Positions 25,806 to 39,754 are shown, counted from the first letter of the whole stretch. The stretch is 63,655 nt of DNA, filler included, from Sphacelaria rigidula (GCA_964200075.2; 10 parts of 10 records of this genome joined end to end with filler, not necessarily neighbours in it); one strand, 5' to 3'. Notes: generated by a model from the letters alone, not told the origin. A program made the numbers and translations.

Positions 25806-28679
25806 CTTTGGCTGGGACATGAAAATAGTAAACGGGCGGGTGCGTACGCCGTCTTCAATGGAGAGAGGGACATATTTCCTGCTTGCAGCCTCGTTCTTCG
25901 AAGGATCTTTCCATGTTGCATCCTCCAGGCGGAGATAGTAACCTGCCCCCGGTGGCGATTGGGGGACCTGAGAGGGGTATGAGGATGACATCGGGGCGAG
26001 ATTTACACAAGGGGTTACTTTGAGCAGCCCACTCCGCTGCTGTTTCCTGGTGTGTGTGTGTGTGTCGGGGGTTCTATACTTGTTTTGCGTGCCCAGTAAT
26101 TTTGTGAAGACGACTGATAGTTCTGCGCGATGCCATTTATTCAAATTAGGCAGGCACGACGAGATAGTTTCCCTCCACATGACTAAACTTCTCGTTTTCT
26201 CCGTCAGTTCATTGTTGCCGTTGGTGATTTAGAAGTGTGTGCATGCTACCGTGCACCTCCTACGTGCGCCTGGTAGGTAGTTGGCAAGTGTTGCGACTGT
26301 CGACGGGCCGCACTTTTGCCCGGTGCGGCAAACGTTATTGCTCGTGCAACTTTGTTCGTGGTTTTCTACATGTTGAAGTGCCGACGGACCCAACGCGTAC
26401 CTACAACAAATGTGCGGAGACTAGAGAAAAAGAAAGAACGGCTTGGCATCGACCAAACCTGCCCCCACACTTCCCGTCCCCCTCCACAGGAGAGAGATGG
26501 GATACGCAAAAAAGTTATTGTGTAATGTATGGGAGAAACGTAATGAGTGCTCACATGTTGGAGGTGTCTCTACGAAGAGTAGGAACGGTACTTAGTGTCG
26601 AAAGGGGTGGGTGCATGGTTGAAAGTCAAATGACCAAGGCAAGTGACAATTGAGCACGCCCCCTCGCCCCCCCCCCATCGCGGCATGCAACCAAAATCGA
26701 ATCCCACATCGAGAGCAATGGGAAATCGCGACCAGAGTTCCATGAAAGAACTTGTTCATCAAGACATGAACGTTGTGATCATATTACCATACCTTCCATT
26801 GGAATGAGTTTCTGTTTTCTCCCTCGAACAGAACGGTCCCCGTTTCCCACCTCCACTCGTTCTGAAGCGTCAGCTTCACCCTTTTGTGTGTGTGGCGAAG
26901 CCGTCCAACGACAACGAGGCGGGGAGGATGATAAGGGGGAGGGGGGGGGTGTACTCATGATCTTGCATGTCATAGTCATGTGACCGTTGACCTCGCATCC
27001 CTACAAAGATGCGACGGAGCACGCCGGGTTTTCGCCGGACCAGGCTCGCAATCAAACACCAAGCGTGAAGCGCTGTGGTGTTATCGGCGAGTCGCATGTA
27101 GGGTGAGAGCTGCATCCTGTTAAACATCCTGCTAAGATTGTTCGACCCGAAGCGTACTGATTTATCTCGCATTTGCATGACAGCCTCCAATGAGCTGTTT
27201 CATTCTCTGGTATCGCCACGTCTAGAGACAGCCATGGGTTGTACACTGCCCCCCGGGTGTCTCACCATTCACACACTACGTAGTTCGATCATTTTCTTTA
27301 CGCGGAGTTGAGGTTCTCCCACCCCGCACAATGCGATCTAGCTCGACCACCATAATGGTTACCGCAAAGAAACATTAAGTGCGCAAAACAAGTCGGTAAC
27401 CTGGTTGCCTAGCCCATGAGTCGCGTGTTTACAGCATCATTGCCCACTGACGCCAACCTCATAGAGGGTCTGCCCCTGCAAAGCCGGGACGGAGCACGGG
27501 GGTTCGGCAGCCCAGGCTAATGGGGAAGGACTTCTTGGTGAAGTGACCAGTGGTAAGGTTGATCCCTGTACACAGGACGAGGTTTTTCTACCGCATGTGG
27601 GTACCCCTACAACAAAAGCACCCAAGCTCCGCTGATATTAAAATATTGTGACGCCGCAGTAGCTTGAACGAGATGAACCTGCATACGACAGGGCGGTGAC
27701 ATGTTGTTGCCCGAACTAAGCTCTACCCAGCTGCAGCAACTTCAAATATTTACGAAGCTTGAATGGTCCTTAGTACTGGTGTTAGTGCAAGCGTCGACCC
27801 ATAAGCGAGCGGGTTCAAAGATGATACTGGCGACACCTGCCGCTGCCTCAGCGTCGGTTTTGTATTATACCCTCTCTCGTTGACGCTAGAAAGTGGAAAT
27901 TGGCCGAATGGAGTATGACCGTCGTGCATGATTATTCCAAGCTAAACAAATGCACAAAACGCCTTGCATCGCCGGCACTGTTGCGTCAACACCTACTTCC
28001 GGCATCATCGTGAAGTTTCGGCATCATAAGACACCAAGTGCGCTGTGTTTGGACGCCCCCACTCCCCAAATTCCCCCTCTACATTATTGAGAAAGAACAA
28101 CACTATGAAGTTTTATGGTGGATTGTACATATTGTTTTTGGTGAATACGGGGGTTGATGGCGGTGTGATACAGGTTTAGAACATGGTTCGTTTTTGTGTG
28201 TGTTTCCGCGACTGAAAGCATTCTCAATGACAGGGGTCCCCGGGACCTTGGTGAAAAAATCACTGCGCTTGATCTTCCGCCCAACGTCGTCGCTGAACAC
28301 CGACGCGTCATTGTTGACACTTTTGTGCAACGAATTGCTCGGGAACCATCCCCGGCCCGTCTGCCATAGGATCACTCAGTTACTCAGATTGACGTGTGTG
28401 TCAGCCACCCAGCGTAAGGCTGCCTGTCTACCGTACTTTGTGCCTTGAAAGTTGCGTTCGAATTGATGGAGACGACGCCAAATACTTGAACTTTTGCAAA
28501 ACGTTTCACCATCGTTTCCCGATAATTCCTCGTGATCACGGAAGTACTTTTCCGGCGATCTATACCTTCTGATATCAGGGCTGGTCCAAGAGACTAACAG
28601 CGGGCTTCCCACGTCCACGTACTCGGGGAGAACGGGGGTGACGAACGCCAGCGCCGGCTCGAACGTCGGGGAAGGCGAA
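25806..28679 (-). CDS. Partial multi-exon host gene with a Kre9/Knh1-like beta-sandwich extracellular domain; exons ~28679-28566, ~28362-28247, ~25967-25806
   Basis: AFVTPVLPEYVDVGSPLLVSWTSP / LWQTGRGWFPSNSLHKSVNND...FFTK | VPQSPPGAGYYLRLED...TRPFTIF resembles the P..G....W / VP...G..Y.+.+ / FTI pattern. The first junction cannot be put in phase cleanly. Confidence 0.4.
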
Positions 28680-31600
28680 GCTACCCGGAATAATGCGGAG
28701 GTCGAAGTTTTCTTGGAAACAAAATGGGAAAAAACAGAGAAGGACAAAACAAAACAAAGTCCAAGGGGTATTATTTTTGTTTTTTCCCCCGTTTCCGAGC
28801 AACACAGAAAGTACGTCGTAAAAAAGAAGAGGATGGCCCCGTCACTACGCGTGTGTAAAGACGAGCACGTGTTGTTACGTTACGTTTGTTTGGAGCCCAT
28901 AAGAAGTATCGTTCAGCAGGAGTATATAGTGATGGCCGGGCGATATCCCCGAGCTCGCCAGATACGCATGTACAACGGGTCTTGCGTGCTACTCCTACCA
29001 CTTTCAGTGCGCGTGCTATAGACACTCAATCTTGCGGTATACCGATGTGACAAGCGATCAGGAGGCAGAGGTGCAGCCCAACATCATGACAAGACGCTGC
29101 AGTCGCAACGCCATGTAGGGTTTAGCGGAAGTGTCACGCTTGGGGGACAGTAATCCGAACAAGCGCCTCTACGACTCGCAATGCGTACAGCTGACGCGCC
29201 TAATAGCTACCGTTAGAAATCTCGTCGCCTACCGTACGCTTTCCGGTCCAAGCAGACTTCATACGCCGCACTTGCTGAGCCACAAAGCTTTTGACATTCT
29301 GTGTCATGTTCGGCACGAACTGTAGAGGACCTCACGGCTTACAGAGTGCAGGAGACGATGCCATTAACCATAAATCTGCAGTTTGTTGGGATTAAACCTC
29401 ATTTCTTTCTTTTGTCGAGCAGATGGTGTTCATGACCTTGAACACCAAACCGTCCGGTGAATATATACGCTCCAAGCCACAAATACCGCATATTGGGCTA
29501 TACAGTATGTTTTTTTACGTATCGATCTCATGGCGAACCCGCCCCTTCCCCCCCCCCCTCCTTTCCCCCTACTTCTCCCTATCCCCCACCCCAAAAGTAT
29601 GGACGCGTGCGTCTTTTTTCCAGTAGAATCTGTCGATTCACTGCCTGTTTATTTATGCTCAAAGTCGACACCGTTCGACCCATGAAAGTAGGTCGAACGC
29701 AGCGACACTGTGCCGAGAAGATATGGCATCTGCAGATTTGCAAAAGTGATAGGCTGATGGAATCTAACGATTCCAAAGTCGGTACACACGCACTCACCTC
29801 GCTACAATCGGCAGAGGAATTTTGATACGAGGTGCTCGAATCTTTGAAACTAGGTGTGCGGTGGCGCTCTGTGCAAACCTCGTGCGAGAGCAAGAAATCG
29901 AAGTACCTTCGGCAGGTGTGTGGACTAGCTTTGTGGTCTGCTTCTGCTCTAGGTACGTGGTCCGTTCCGTCAACAGAGAAATCCAACAATCTTCGGACCA
30001 GGTGTCACACACTTGTAATCAACTTGGGTTTCCACGAGATTCATCCGCCTACTTTTGGGTCAAGAACAGTCGCCTCGTAACAGCGGATCACACACACACT
30101 GCCCATCTTGGGGGCACTCGCCCGCAGCCTTTTCATCATTTCAGTTCACGATACACGAGCACTCACTTCCAGTCGACGGTTGCCCTCTAAGGGGCCGATG
30201 ACCAGGTAATACACCCCATCTTGCACGTGACGCGGAACTACCCACGACAGTACGCCAGTATTTCCCGTGGCCCCAACCGTATCTGCCAACCTTCCCTGGA
30301 AGAGCACAGCAGTTATCGGTCCCTTATATGCACGGCGCAAAGTTAGTCACATGCATGTCTCAAAGTTACTCTCAGCTGTCAAACGTGAATAAACTCTAGC
30401 TCAACTGCAACTTGACGATATGTAGAAGAAGCCGAGCTATGCAATATGCGAGACCCAACATCGCTAACCTCTGTCTTTCATCAGACCCGCGTTTCATGTT
30501 TGATTTTATCCCCGCCGCCTAGCCGCCCCCCAGCCGCTGCCTGGCCCGAGCGTGCATCGAAATGATTGGACTTACGTTATACAACGTAGCATGAGCTGGG
30601 CGGAGCTTTTCTACTCGTCGTTTAGCGTTAACGCAGAGTATCTTCTCGACACTCATACTTGGAAAAAGATGTGAATCCCAAGTACTGTCGCGCATGTGCA
30701 AGAGTCGCACCGTGTTAGCATCGTGAAGAGTAATCCACACGTTTCGAGTATACCCCCATGACTCCCAATTCATGACCAGCCGCCCTCCGCTGACGGGGAT
30801 TGTGTCGCTTGTCGGTGAAGTAAACGCGAACGACTGTCGCGCCTGCTCCAGAAGAGAGGAACGAGTAACGCGCGTGCATTACAGGGAAACGATTAAGGAA
30901 ACGGTCATGTTCTCGGGTCACAGCGAAGAGATGCAGCATAGAGCGGAATCTGCGACGTGTCCCACAAATACCGTCGTCGAACCACTACAGTACCTCCTAC
31001 TCCGCTCGACATTAGGGGCTATACCAAGAGCTATATACTCGGAGCACGCGATCGCTTTTTCACAGGTGCCGTGCGAGTGTATGGCTGTGCTAGCCTTGAC
31101 GCCAATTTCTTCGCGATTTGTGTTGTCAAATATATATGTGCAGATGATGGCTCACCCGAACATGGAAGCGCTCGCTTCGACCTAGCAGAGTATCTTCGAC
31201 ACTCCCACGTAGCTCTAGCCATGTCTGTGCGCTGGCAGTATTGGGTACCTTGAAAGCGTGTTGGTACAGGCCACTCCTGTAGGTCTGGCAATCCATTAAT
31301 GAAACAGGTGGGGAGGGCGAAAACTTACGCGAGAGACGCCGGGGGAGGGGAGGGAGGGGGGGGAGCGGCGGTTCCCTCCCCCCCTTGTAGTGCTCTTCTT
31401 GGCGGTGGCGCGACATACTGTAGAGTGGTTCCCTTCTTTGAATTTACTTTCAATAGTGCGTCGGAATAGTCCTTCTTCGTCTTCTCCACGTCCCTAAAAA
31501 TTCCTTCAGCGAGTGTTTTCGTTTTGTTTCATCTTGCGTACGTCTTTCTCGGGACGACGACGGGTGGATCTTTTGAGAATCGCTTGATGTACGACCACTA

Positions 31601-31942
31601 ACCAAATAAATTGAATCCGTTCGCGTTGCCGCTCTTCCGCATTTCGCGGAAGTATCGAGCACACACACTCACACACACACATATATTGCAATTTACCTAT
31701 GTGTTGTCGTTGTATTGTCGTCCCATTTATTCCGGGCACCAGTCTACACCTTTCGGTATATGTGGGTGCATCAGCCGGGGNNNNNNNNNNNNNNNNNNNN
31801 NNNNNNNNNNNNNNNNNNNNNNNNTTAATTAATTAANNNNNNNNNNNNNNNNNNNNNNNNNNNNNNNNNNNNNNNNNNNNGCTGGAGGGAGCGGGGGGGC
31901 GCACCACGAGGTCTCAGTATAGCGGAATAGGCGGGGAGGGGA

Positions 31943-31984
<42 letters not shown>

Positions 31985-31998
31985 GTAATCTACCGCAC

Positions 31999-34900
31999 CT
32001 CACGTCGACAGTGTCCACAAACCGGGACAGGCTATTCCGCATTGATGCCGCTCGTGCCTCGGGGGTAGCGTTCTGTTCGGATCGCTGCTCCTCTCCGAAG
32101 TATCCCATTGCCATCAGTCGGTTTTCGAACTCCAGACATGCGTCGCGAGCCCCCTGAAATTTTTCCGTGTGCGCACAAATCAAAGACCATCGTGCACTGT
32201 GAATAATGACCATTTTGGACACGCGTGAAACTGCCATAATAATGGAAATATAGAAATATGGGTGCCCCGAAACGCTTCGGGGGGGAAGGGCGGGAGGGGG
32301 TCTCAGCGGCAAGGAAACATAAGTGCTCCAAACGTGATGAGGGTACGGTACCTTACAGGAATGATGCCTAAGTGCTCGGGTCTCAAGTATTTGTTCAACG
32401 GTAGACTTCGGCGATCAAACTTGCGAAAAATCTACTGAATCGAAAGCAAAGCACACATATAGACGGGTGCTTGCAAGATCTACTTCAACGCCAGTGGCCA
32501 CCGAGAAACTTCGCGAGAAAGTCGGGAGCAGCGAATGCTCTCCGCAAAGTATACGTTGGCGAAACCCTAGTCAGCGCCGCAAGCTTGCCACGCACGCCGG
32601 CCGTCACCCGGGACTGTCGTCCCCGTTAACCCTTTTGTAACCCACTGACGATTCTTGTTTTGCGAATCGGCATAATTTCGACTTGGAAATGGATTAAAAT
32701 TATCCCAATTCACAAAAGCATAAATCGCCAATGGGTTCCAAAAGGGTTCAAGACTCCGAATCTACGGGTCACAATGGAATCAAGTATTTCGCAACCATGG
32801 CATTTGACGACGGGTTTTAGAGAGTAAACTCTACTGCAAGATCCAAGACCCTCTCCGTCCCTTCACTTGCTCCAAAAACCAAAGACAAACATGCACACTG
32901 TTGTTATGGTCCAAACGCACCCGCTCGAAGTCCTCCAGTTGCGCTGCGCTGTGGGGTACGTGATCCTCGAGCTTGGACAAGAGTTCCTGGCCCAGTCCAT
33001 CGGGCTCTGACAGCAGACTGGCACCCATCGCGGCCGTCAGCGACCGTTGGCCACCCATAACCTAGAAAATACAGACACACAAATGGTATTGAGAACACTC
33101 TACAGTAAGAGACTCAGTCTCTTCCTCGGGACCAGGCAGTCAGCAAGCTGCTGGCCATGGAAAGTTATCCTCGTCGACGTTGTGTGGAGGGATCGGAATT
33201 ACGCCGCAAGGGCATGGAATGAAACATCGTATGGACGTAACGTGGCGACAATCAGATCTGTTCCGATATACCCATGAAGGTTGAATGCCCGTTTCCGTCG
33301 TTGCTACATGTGAAGGAGGGAGGGGGGGGTACTCATGATCATGCACGCCTTAGTCATATGACCATTGACCTCGCATCCCTACAAAGCCGGGACGGAGCAC
33401 GCCGGGTTTTCGCCGGACCAGGCTCGCGATCAATCAAGCGCCGTCGTGTGTTCGGCGAGTCGCATCAAGGATGAGCTGCATCTTGCCAAGATCGTTGAGC
33501 TCGGAGCCTACTGAATATCTTGCATCTGGATGACAGCCTTCAATGAGTTGCTTCATCTTTTGGTGTTGCCACTTCCAGAGACGGCCACGGCGTATACACT
33601 GCCTCATGGGTGTGAAAAAGGACGGGGGAGAAATTTACAAAAATGTTCGCACGAGCGTCCAACTGCATATTGGTCGATGGATCGGCCGACTGATAATTGA
33701 TTGTCGCACATCAACTGATCCCAGAGACACACCCAGTCCTGGTCATTATCCACAAGATGGACGTGCCCAAGGTACACGAAACGAAACACTCGCTCAAGGA
33801 GATAAAAATGGGCAATACAAAAAAAGTAGAACAGAACGAGATGAAACGAAACACACAAGACAAAAACAGAAACCACAACGAGTGATATTTGAAGAAGAAA
33901 AAAAACAGAAACACAGCCAAGCAAAAATATAAACGGATACGAGAGGGAAAGGACTAAAAAATGAAGATCAGTAAACGGTCCCGATGAAGAATAAATGGAT
34001 GATTGTCGAAATAAAACCAGAAATGGTCAGCCCCTGTACCATGGCTTCGAGTGAAAAATTCCGTGCGCAGAAAACACATGTACCCACCATGCACACAAAA
34101 AAACAAAAACAGAAAAGGTCGTTGGAGCAGATTGCGGCCCAGGTATTTCGGATCATACAATTTGGGCACAAATTCTCACCCATGAGCACTACGGGAGCAA
34201 GGCAACCAACCTGCTACTGTATAACACTGACAGGCAAGATACAGAGAGAGAGAGAGACAGAGACAAGGAGACAGAGAGAGACAGAGAGAGTGAAAACAAG
34301 AGGAAAGTAAATACGGAAAATACGGAGAATACGGAAGCAACGTACCCAAGGACAAGGTAGATATGCCGTACGCCTACGATACGTGAGACAGAAAGAGAGC
34401 GGTCAACATACCGGCGCTCACGTATCGTTCTAGGACAGTCTGTGCTATTCTTGGCTTCAATTTCCTCGGTGCAAGGAAGCTTTTTGGCTGCCCCGGTGGT
34501 TGGTTGAAAAAACCGCACGTGCCTCGCTACGAAAACTACCGCGTGGTACCATATGCGGTCTGCGTAATGTGATTGTAACCCTTAAAACATGCACATCCTA
34601 GTGCAGACTTTAATCCATCACGAGTATAAAATACCGTGCATAGATCTACGGCAAGCCGCCCCCCCGCCCCCAGCTACCGCTCCCGTCCATCTACCCGCCC
34701 GGCTCATCCTCTTGAAGGTGCGTTGAAATTTTGCAAATAGCTGAGGCCGAAAAATCGGTAGTATAATCCCGGCTTTATCCCCACGTTTACACAACACGTT
34801 GACCTCCATGCGCGTGGAAATTTTCGAATCTTGGTCCAAACGACATGGTTGACATTGTTACTGTTGCTGTAGCTGCTGGTGCTGTTATTGTCGCTGCTGT

Positions 34901-36527
34901 TGTTGTTCACATGAGGCCTTTTTCCATAAATCTACCAGCCGTGGTGACAACCTGGTGACTGTGGGTGACGTCAGCTATACGTCTGTTTCAAGCCTTGGGG
35001 CGCAGGGCGGTGCTTCGCCCCATGTTCAGCCCTCATGCCACATGACACAGGCGATCGCTCGAAATGACTACACGAACAAGGGGGACCGAAATGACAACAA
35101 AAAATGCAACACAAAATATGAAGGAGGTATAGGGTCATATTCAATGGAGTTCGGCGTTGCGTAGCTAGGGACCGCCGCAGCAGTCGATCTCAGGCCGAAA
35201 CGGGTCACTTCGCGCCCAGGGACGAAGTAAATAGGCCCATCACCACTTCCTTCCCATTTATTTTTCTTCAGTTTCCCCGTTGTCGAGTTTTCCTGTACGG
35301 ATTGCTTCTGCCGATTCGTCTTGTGCACGTCCATATCGTCATCATCGCTGGGTTTGAAGCGGGCCAGTTAATATGCAACAACTAACCAAGCAATCAATGA
35401 ATCAGCCATCAATCAGCAAAAACGAGCACGCAACAGGGGACAAATAAAACGCTGGTGGCGATTCTTTCTTCGACGTACATCACACGCGTGGGCTCCGTGC
35501 GATAAACCGCTATAGGAAGGTTCTGATTTACGGCCAGGAGTGAGGCCGTACTCTTTCTTTTCCTTTTCGGCCAGACATTCCTTCGAACATGTACTAAGAC
35601 GCCGCTCCTTTGCCAGATCGCCGCACGCTTTCATGTATGCCTTTGCATGAATAATAGGATTGCTTAGAGACGGATTCCGTCGGTTGTGGAGTATGACACC
35701 TCGAGCGACATAAAACCCCACCTCAACTTTCTCGGGTAACTGCCGCGGCCATGCCTCTCGCCCTCCGTTTACAGGAGATAAGAAATATATATTACAGGAG
35801 ATAAAAGAGGTGGGGTCGACAACAGCAAAAAACAGTATCCATATCACCATCCAGTCTCGTGAGGGAGACAGCTAATAACGTCACAGTACATGGTTCATGA
35901 GCTCAAATCCATGGGGTTCACACATACGATTTTGTTTCTTCCATTGAGTTCCTTCGTCCGTCATACTCCCAACTCTTCCCCTTCCCCTCTGGACGAACCC
36001 GTGGTCTCGAGGAACCAAGCAGTCTCTCCCCCGGCACTTACCTCACACACTACCTACTGTTCTCGCAGATTGGACCCACACCATAGCAGCTAGTCTACTC
36101 TATTCGCACCGTTTCACTTACACTCACGGAAATCACATTCTCCCAAAAAACCAAAAAATACCGTACCTGTTGGGATTCGAACGCGCAAAATATTCCCCCC
36201 CAACTGGTCACTGGAATATCATTCTATTTTACACCACTCGGGTTTTGAAGCTGAATGCAACCAACATAGACCAGTCTATCTGTCCACAATACTCTTGTCT
36301 CATGCCCCTTGTCTCCCTCACGGAGATGCACTCGCCTCTTCGTGCAGGAATTCCAGGACCCTAGTGACCCGGCTCAACAGTTCCGCGATGATTCCGGGGT
36401 CCGCCTTAACCGTCTCCGATATTTTCATCTTTTCGAAGCTAGGCGCCGCGGCAGAGAAGGCTAACGCCCCAGAATTTGAGGCAGCGGGTGCGTACACGAG
36501 CGATGCAGTGGCATTGTCGGAATATCG
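31999..36527 (-). CDS. ZW10: ZW10-like (centromere/kinetochore, Dsl1/NRZ complex) partial gene; exons 36527-36336, 33061-32921, 32153-31999
   Basis: In-phase splice gives IIAELLSRVTRVLEFLHEE|VMGGQRSLTAAMGASLL...LEDHVPHSAAQLEDFER|GARDACLEFENRLMAMGYF...LSRFVDTVDVR, matching the ZW10 middle-region pattern (iP....L..y, FE..L...Gf, L..fv..vd). Confidence 0.68.
32630..32746. mobile_element. 117-bp piggyBac-like MITE in a ZW10 intron
   Basis: ttaa|cccttttgtaacccactg ... caatgggttccaaaaggg|ttca: CCC/GGG ends and a TTAA-like TSD. Confidence 0.65.
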
Positions 36528-36789
36528 CTGAGCACGAGGGGACAAGCGGGACGAAGAGAGAGGAAAGGGTGGGGGAGTGCGAGGGATATTGCAATGACAT
36601 TGTGTACTGTTGGGTGAGTGTAACGCAGGTTCAAGACAATATTGTTGTACGGGGGGTCTACACTACGGTATTATACCCAGTTGGCAAGGCCGAGAAACGG
36701 TATATTACGCAGGGCAATATACCACCTTTTCGGGAAAGCTACGGTGACCCAGTTCTACACTAACAAAATGCACCTTGAAAAAAGATGGA

Positions 36790-37330
36790 CCCCTGAAATC
36801 ATGTGAAAAACAAGAGCTTTGGTCGAACGATTCACGTTTCGGAAGAATCACAGTTCAAACGGATTCACTCTTCATGATCGTTGCGTGCGAATCATGCACC
36901 AAAGAGTCATCCGGTATGAGTCACGGATGGTGAAATTGTACGCTCAACGTCGTATCGCACGAACCACGATCTGGGAATGTGTACACTCCAAGTAAGGTGA
37001 CACGAATGAAGGGTGCGACGTATGTACGAATCACGATTCCCGCACGAATCGCTGGTGGCAAACATGTACCCTCGATTCATTCCATATGGATGGAAGGCGA
37101 CGAGCATGTGCGTATGATTCATGCTGCATGCACGGAAAATGAGAAAGCATGTACAGTTGATTCACCTCGTATGAATAGAAGGTGGAAACCGTTCACATGT
37201 GATTCATGCTGCATGAATGGAAGGGGAGATACATATACCCATCATTCATTCGAATATTTACCTATAATTCATGCCATATGAATAAAAGGGGACAAGCACG
37301 TACCTATGGTTCATGCCGTATGAATGGAAG
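36790..37330. repeat. Array of ATTCAT..ATGAAT-type palindromic motifs, probable non-autonomous element
   Basis: Repeated attcatgctgcatgaat, attcatgccatatgaat, ttcatgccgtatgaat. Confidence 0.5.
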
Positions 37331-37812
37331 GAGTCGTACTACTGTTGTCTATAGTCTGCTCCTTCTTTTATTCCTTGAAGGAAGGAGTCTGATGTCCGTT
37401 GTACAAATGTTACAGTGCTATGTACTACTTCCTCTGTGCCATAAGTAAATGGCTCTATGATTGCACGGACCCTTAACGGTGTAATATTTGATCTTCGATC
37501 TTTTTATTGCATTCATCGGCGTCTCTGAGCTAAAACCAACGTTCTTTCTACAACATGGATGCTTGACCCATGCAGCCGTGCGGCCAAGAAGTAGGTCCGT
37601 CCAAAAACGGCAATTTTTCGCCCGTATTCCCGGGAAAGCATGAGAAACCTGGGAACACAGAAAATCGCGAAAAATGGGCCAGGAAATGTGAAAATCGCCC
37701 AACCACTATTTGATTTTGGACATGTCCGTGACGTTAACCTACGTACACCCCATCTACCATTATGTTAGCATGTGATTGCTAGTCCTCGACGTGAAACGTC
37801 CAAAATCAGTCT

Positions 37813-37905
37813 ATGGATCAAACAGGGTCAAAATGGGGGTATAAGTGGATCAAAAAGGGTCGAAATGGGGTATGAATGGATCAAAAGGGGCCAAAATGGG
37901 GTATA
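37813..37905. repeat. ~31-bp minisatellite x3
   Basis: tggatcaaa.aggg.c.aaatggggtat three times. Confidence 0.8.
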
Positions 37906-38714
37906 TTTCTTGACATGATCTTCGTGATGAAAACAGGTTTTTTTTTGTTTTGTCTCCTTGATCAGCTTCGTCTGCGTTTGACCTCTCTAACGAACACAAC
38001 CATAGGATGATCGTCAACGTTGAAAATACCACAGGCATCGTTGGTAAGTTAGGTACCCGGTACCAGTATTTGGGACATCTCATACCCTACCGATATCGAC
38101 CCAATCCGGTATTTTGAAATGCCATACCTACGATACCTGCGATACCAGGGTATTTNNNNNNNNNNNNNNNNNNNNNNNNNNNNNNNNNNNNNNNNNNNNT
38201 TAATTAATTAANNNNNNNNNNNNNNNNNNNNNNNNNNNNNNNNNNNNNNNNNNNNTGTCAAAATCGACGGGAAAATCAATTGTTTCGGGTCTGACTCTGA
38301 ATCTGAAACTACGCTTTGAATCTCACGAATATAGTGTTACTCGCGGTTCCGAGATTACGTCAGACATAGACTTTTCAACATCCGGAAAGCCTAGACTTGG
38401 AGTTGATATACGAATGACGTATTAGCCAACCCGTTCACACGATACGACGCATACGTACGCACCCCGCCGATTCTGAGGCACGTTACGGTAGATGGAAATA
38501 GCTCCCTATATCCCAAAGGACTGGAATCGGGCTTTATCTGTGCATGATCCATTCTCTTCGGGCGCACTAGACGATGCATAGATCTCTTTCCAGTTCCAGG
38601 ATCGATCACGTTACATGCAATCGCATGCTATACCTCGAACGTCTGCACACGGACTTCATTCCTGAAAAAAATAAGCTACTTTTCTGGTTGCTCATAAATC
38701 ATGAATTTTCCTAC

Positions 38715-38915
38715 CTCGCCGGTGTCGGGATCGCGGTAGACGAGTTCCTTGCATTCCGAAAGCTTGCACTGTACACTGCCCTTGGAGTTACCGCGGGACC
38801 ACTCCCCGTTGGCCATTGCCCTCTTGGCATGGCGGCGGCTGCAGTAGTCGTGCACGCGCCCGGTCTCTTCGTCGAAGAAGACGTCCGCGTCGCATCCCTC
38901 CAGTTGGCACTTCTG
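38715..38915 (-). CDS. Host exon encoding tandem C-x4-C-x16-C-x3-H zinc-finger-like repeats
   Basis: ctccttag|CAG acceptor, GAG|gtagga donor. QKCQLEGCDADVFFDEETGRVHDYCSRRHA...QCKLSECKELVYRDPDTGE. Missed by the ORF track. Confidence 0.75.
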
Positions 38916-39506
38916 CTAAGGAGGAGAGGGGGGAATATATCACGTTTACTCAAATGGTGGGAGACGGAGCGTTAGAGCATCGATAACTTGGAGAGCCAGC
39001 ACGCAGGTGCGTTGACGACATAGCGGACGGGGGAGGGTTAAATTTTGTATAGTAAACAAAGGTTTGTCATAAATTCCGTGCAGAAACGTTTTGACATTCT
39101 CTTGCTTCCTCATAACTTGAAAAACAAAATTAAAAAATATATAAAAACAGAGGAGTCTCGGCGGCGTCGAGCCTAGTCGGTAGCCGCAGAAATTCTTGTT
39201 GAAAAAATGCAACACTGTGGACCGAAGTTGCCCCAAAATCACCACAAAATGGTATTTCTACCGGTGTTGGGTAGTCCCACCCACTTCCGTGCTTTCTTAC
39301 TTGCTCGTGGCATCGTGTCGGCTCACCAGAACATGTGTTTGGCCACTCATGTCAGCGCTGATGTGCGAGCGTGTGTACGTGTACGTGGAGAGCGGGAAAC
39401 AAGAAATAGACGATATCTTGTGAAAAATTGTTTTCCCGGGAAAAAAAATCATTTCCCTCGGGATATTCAATCGAAAAAGCGTTTAGCGCAACATATTTTG
39501 AAATAA

Positions 39507-39754
39507 GAGCTACAGTAGGGGTGCACAAATACATCCTCAGGTTAAAATTGTTAGGAGCCCTTTATCTCATCCAAATCAAGACTTATGGAAGTGGGAGTAC
39601 GCCGGGATTATAATTCCAATGTCCTAGGGATATCCCGAATAAAATCGCAAAGGGGGATACCCTGAGCCATATTCATAGCCATCTAGAGTCATCAGGGGCC
39701 CCTGAACCAGACAGGAGTTCGCGCAAAACGTGCACCCCTACGGTAGCATCACTC
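39507..39754. mobile_element. MITE related to 57901-58158 (Sola-like ends)
   Basis: gagctacagtaggggtgcac ... gtgcacccctacggtagcatcactc; internal ccctttatctcatc / gagtacgcc shared with the 57901 copy. Confidence 0.7.

Noticed and set aside
36336..36527. Protein kinase subdomain (VLEFLHEE)
   Set aside because: No HxD/DFG follows, and the exon splices coherently into ZW10-like exons.
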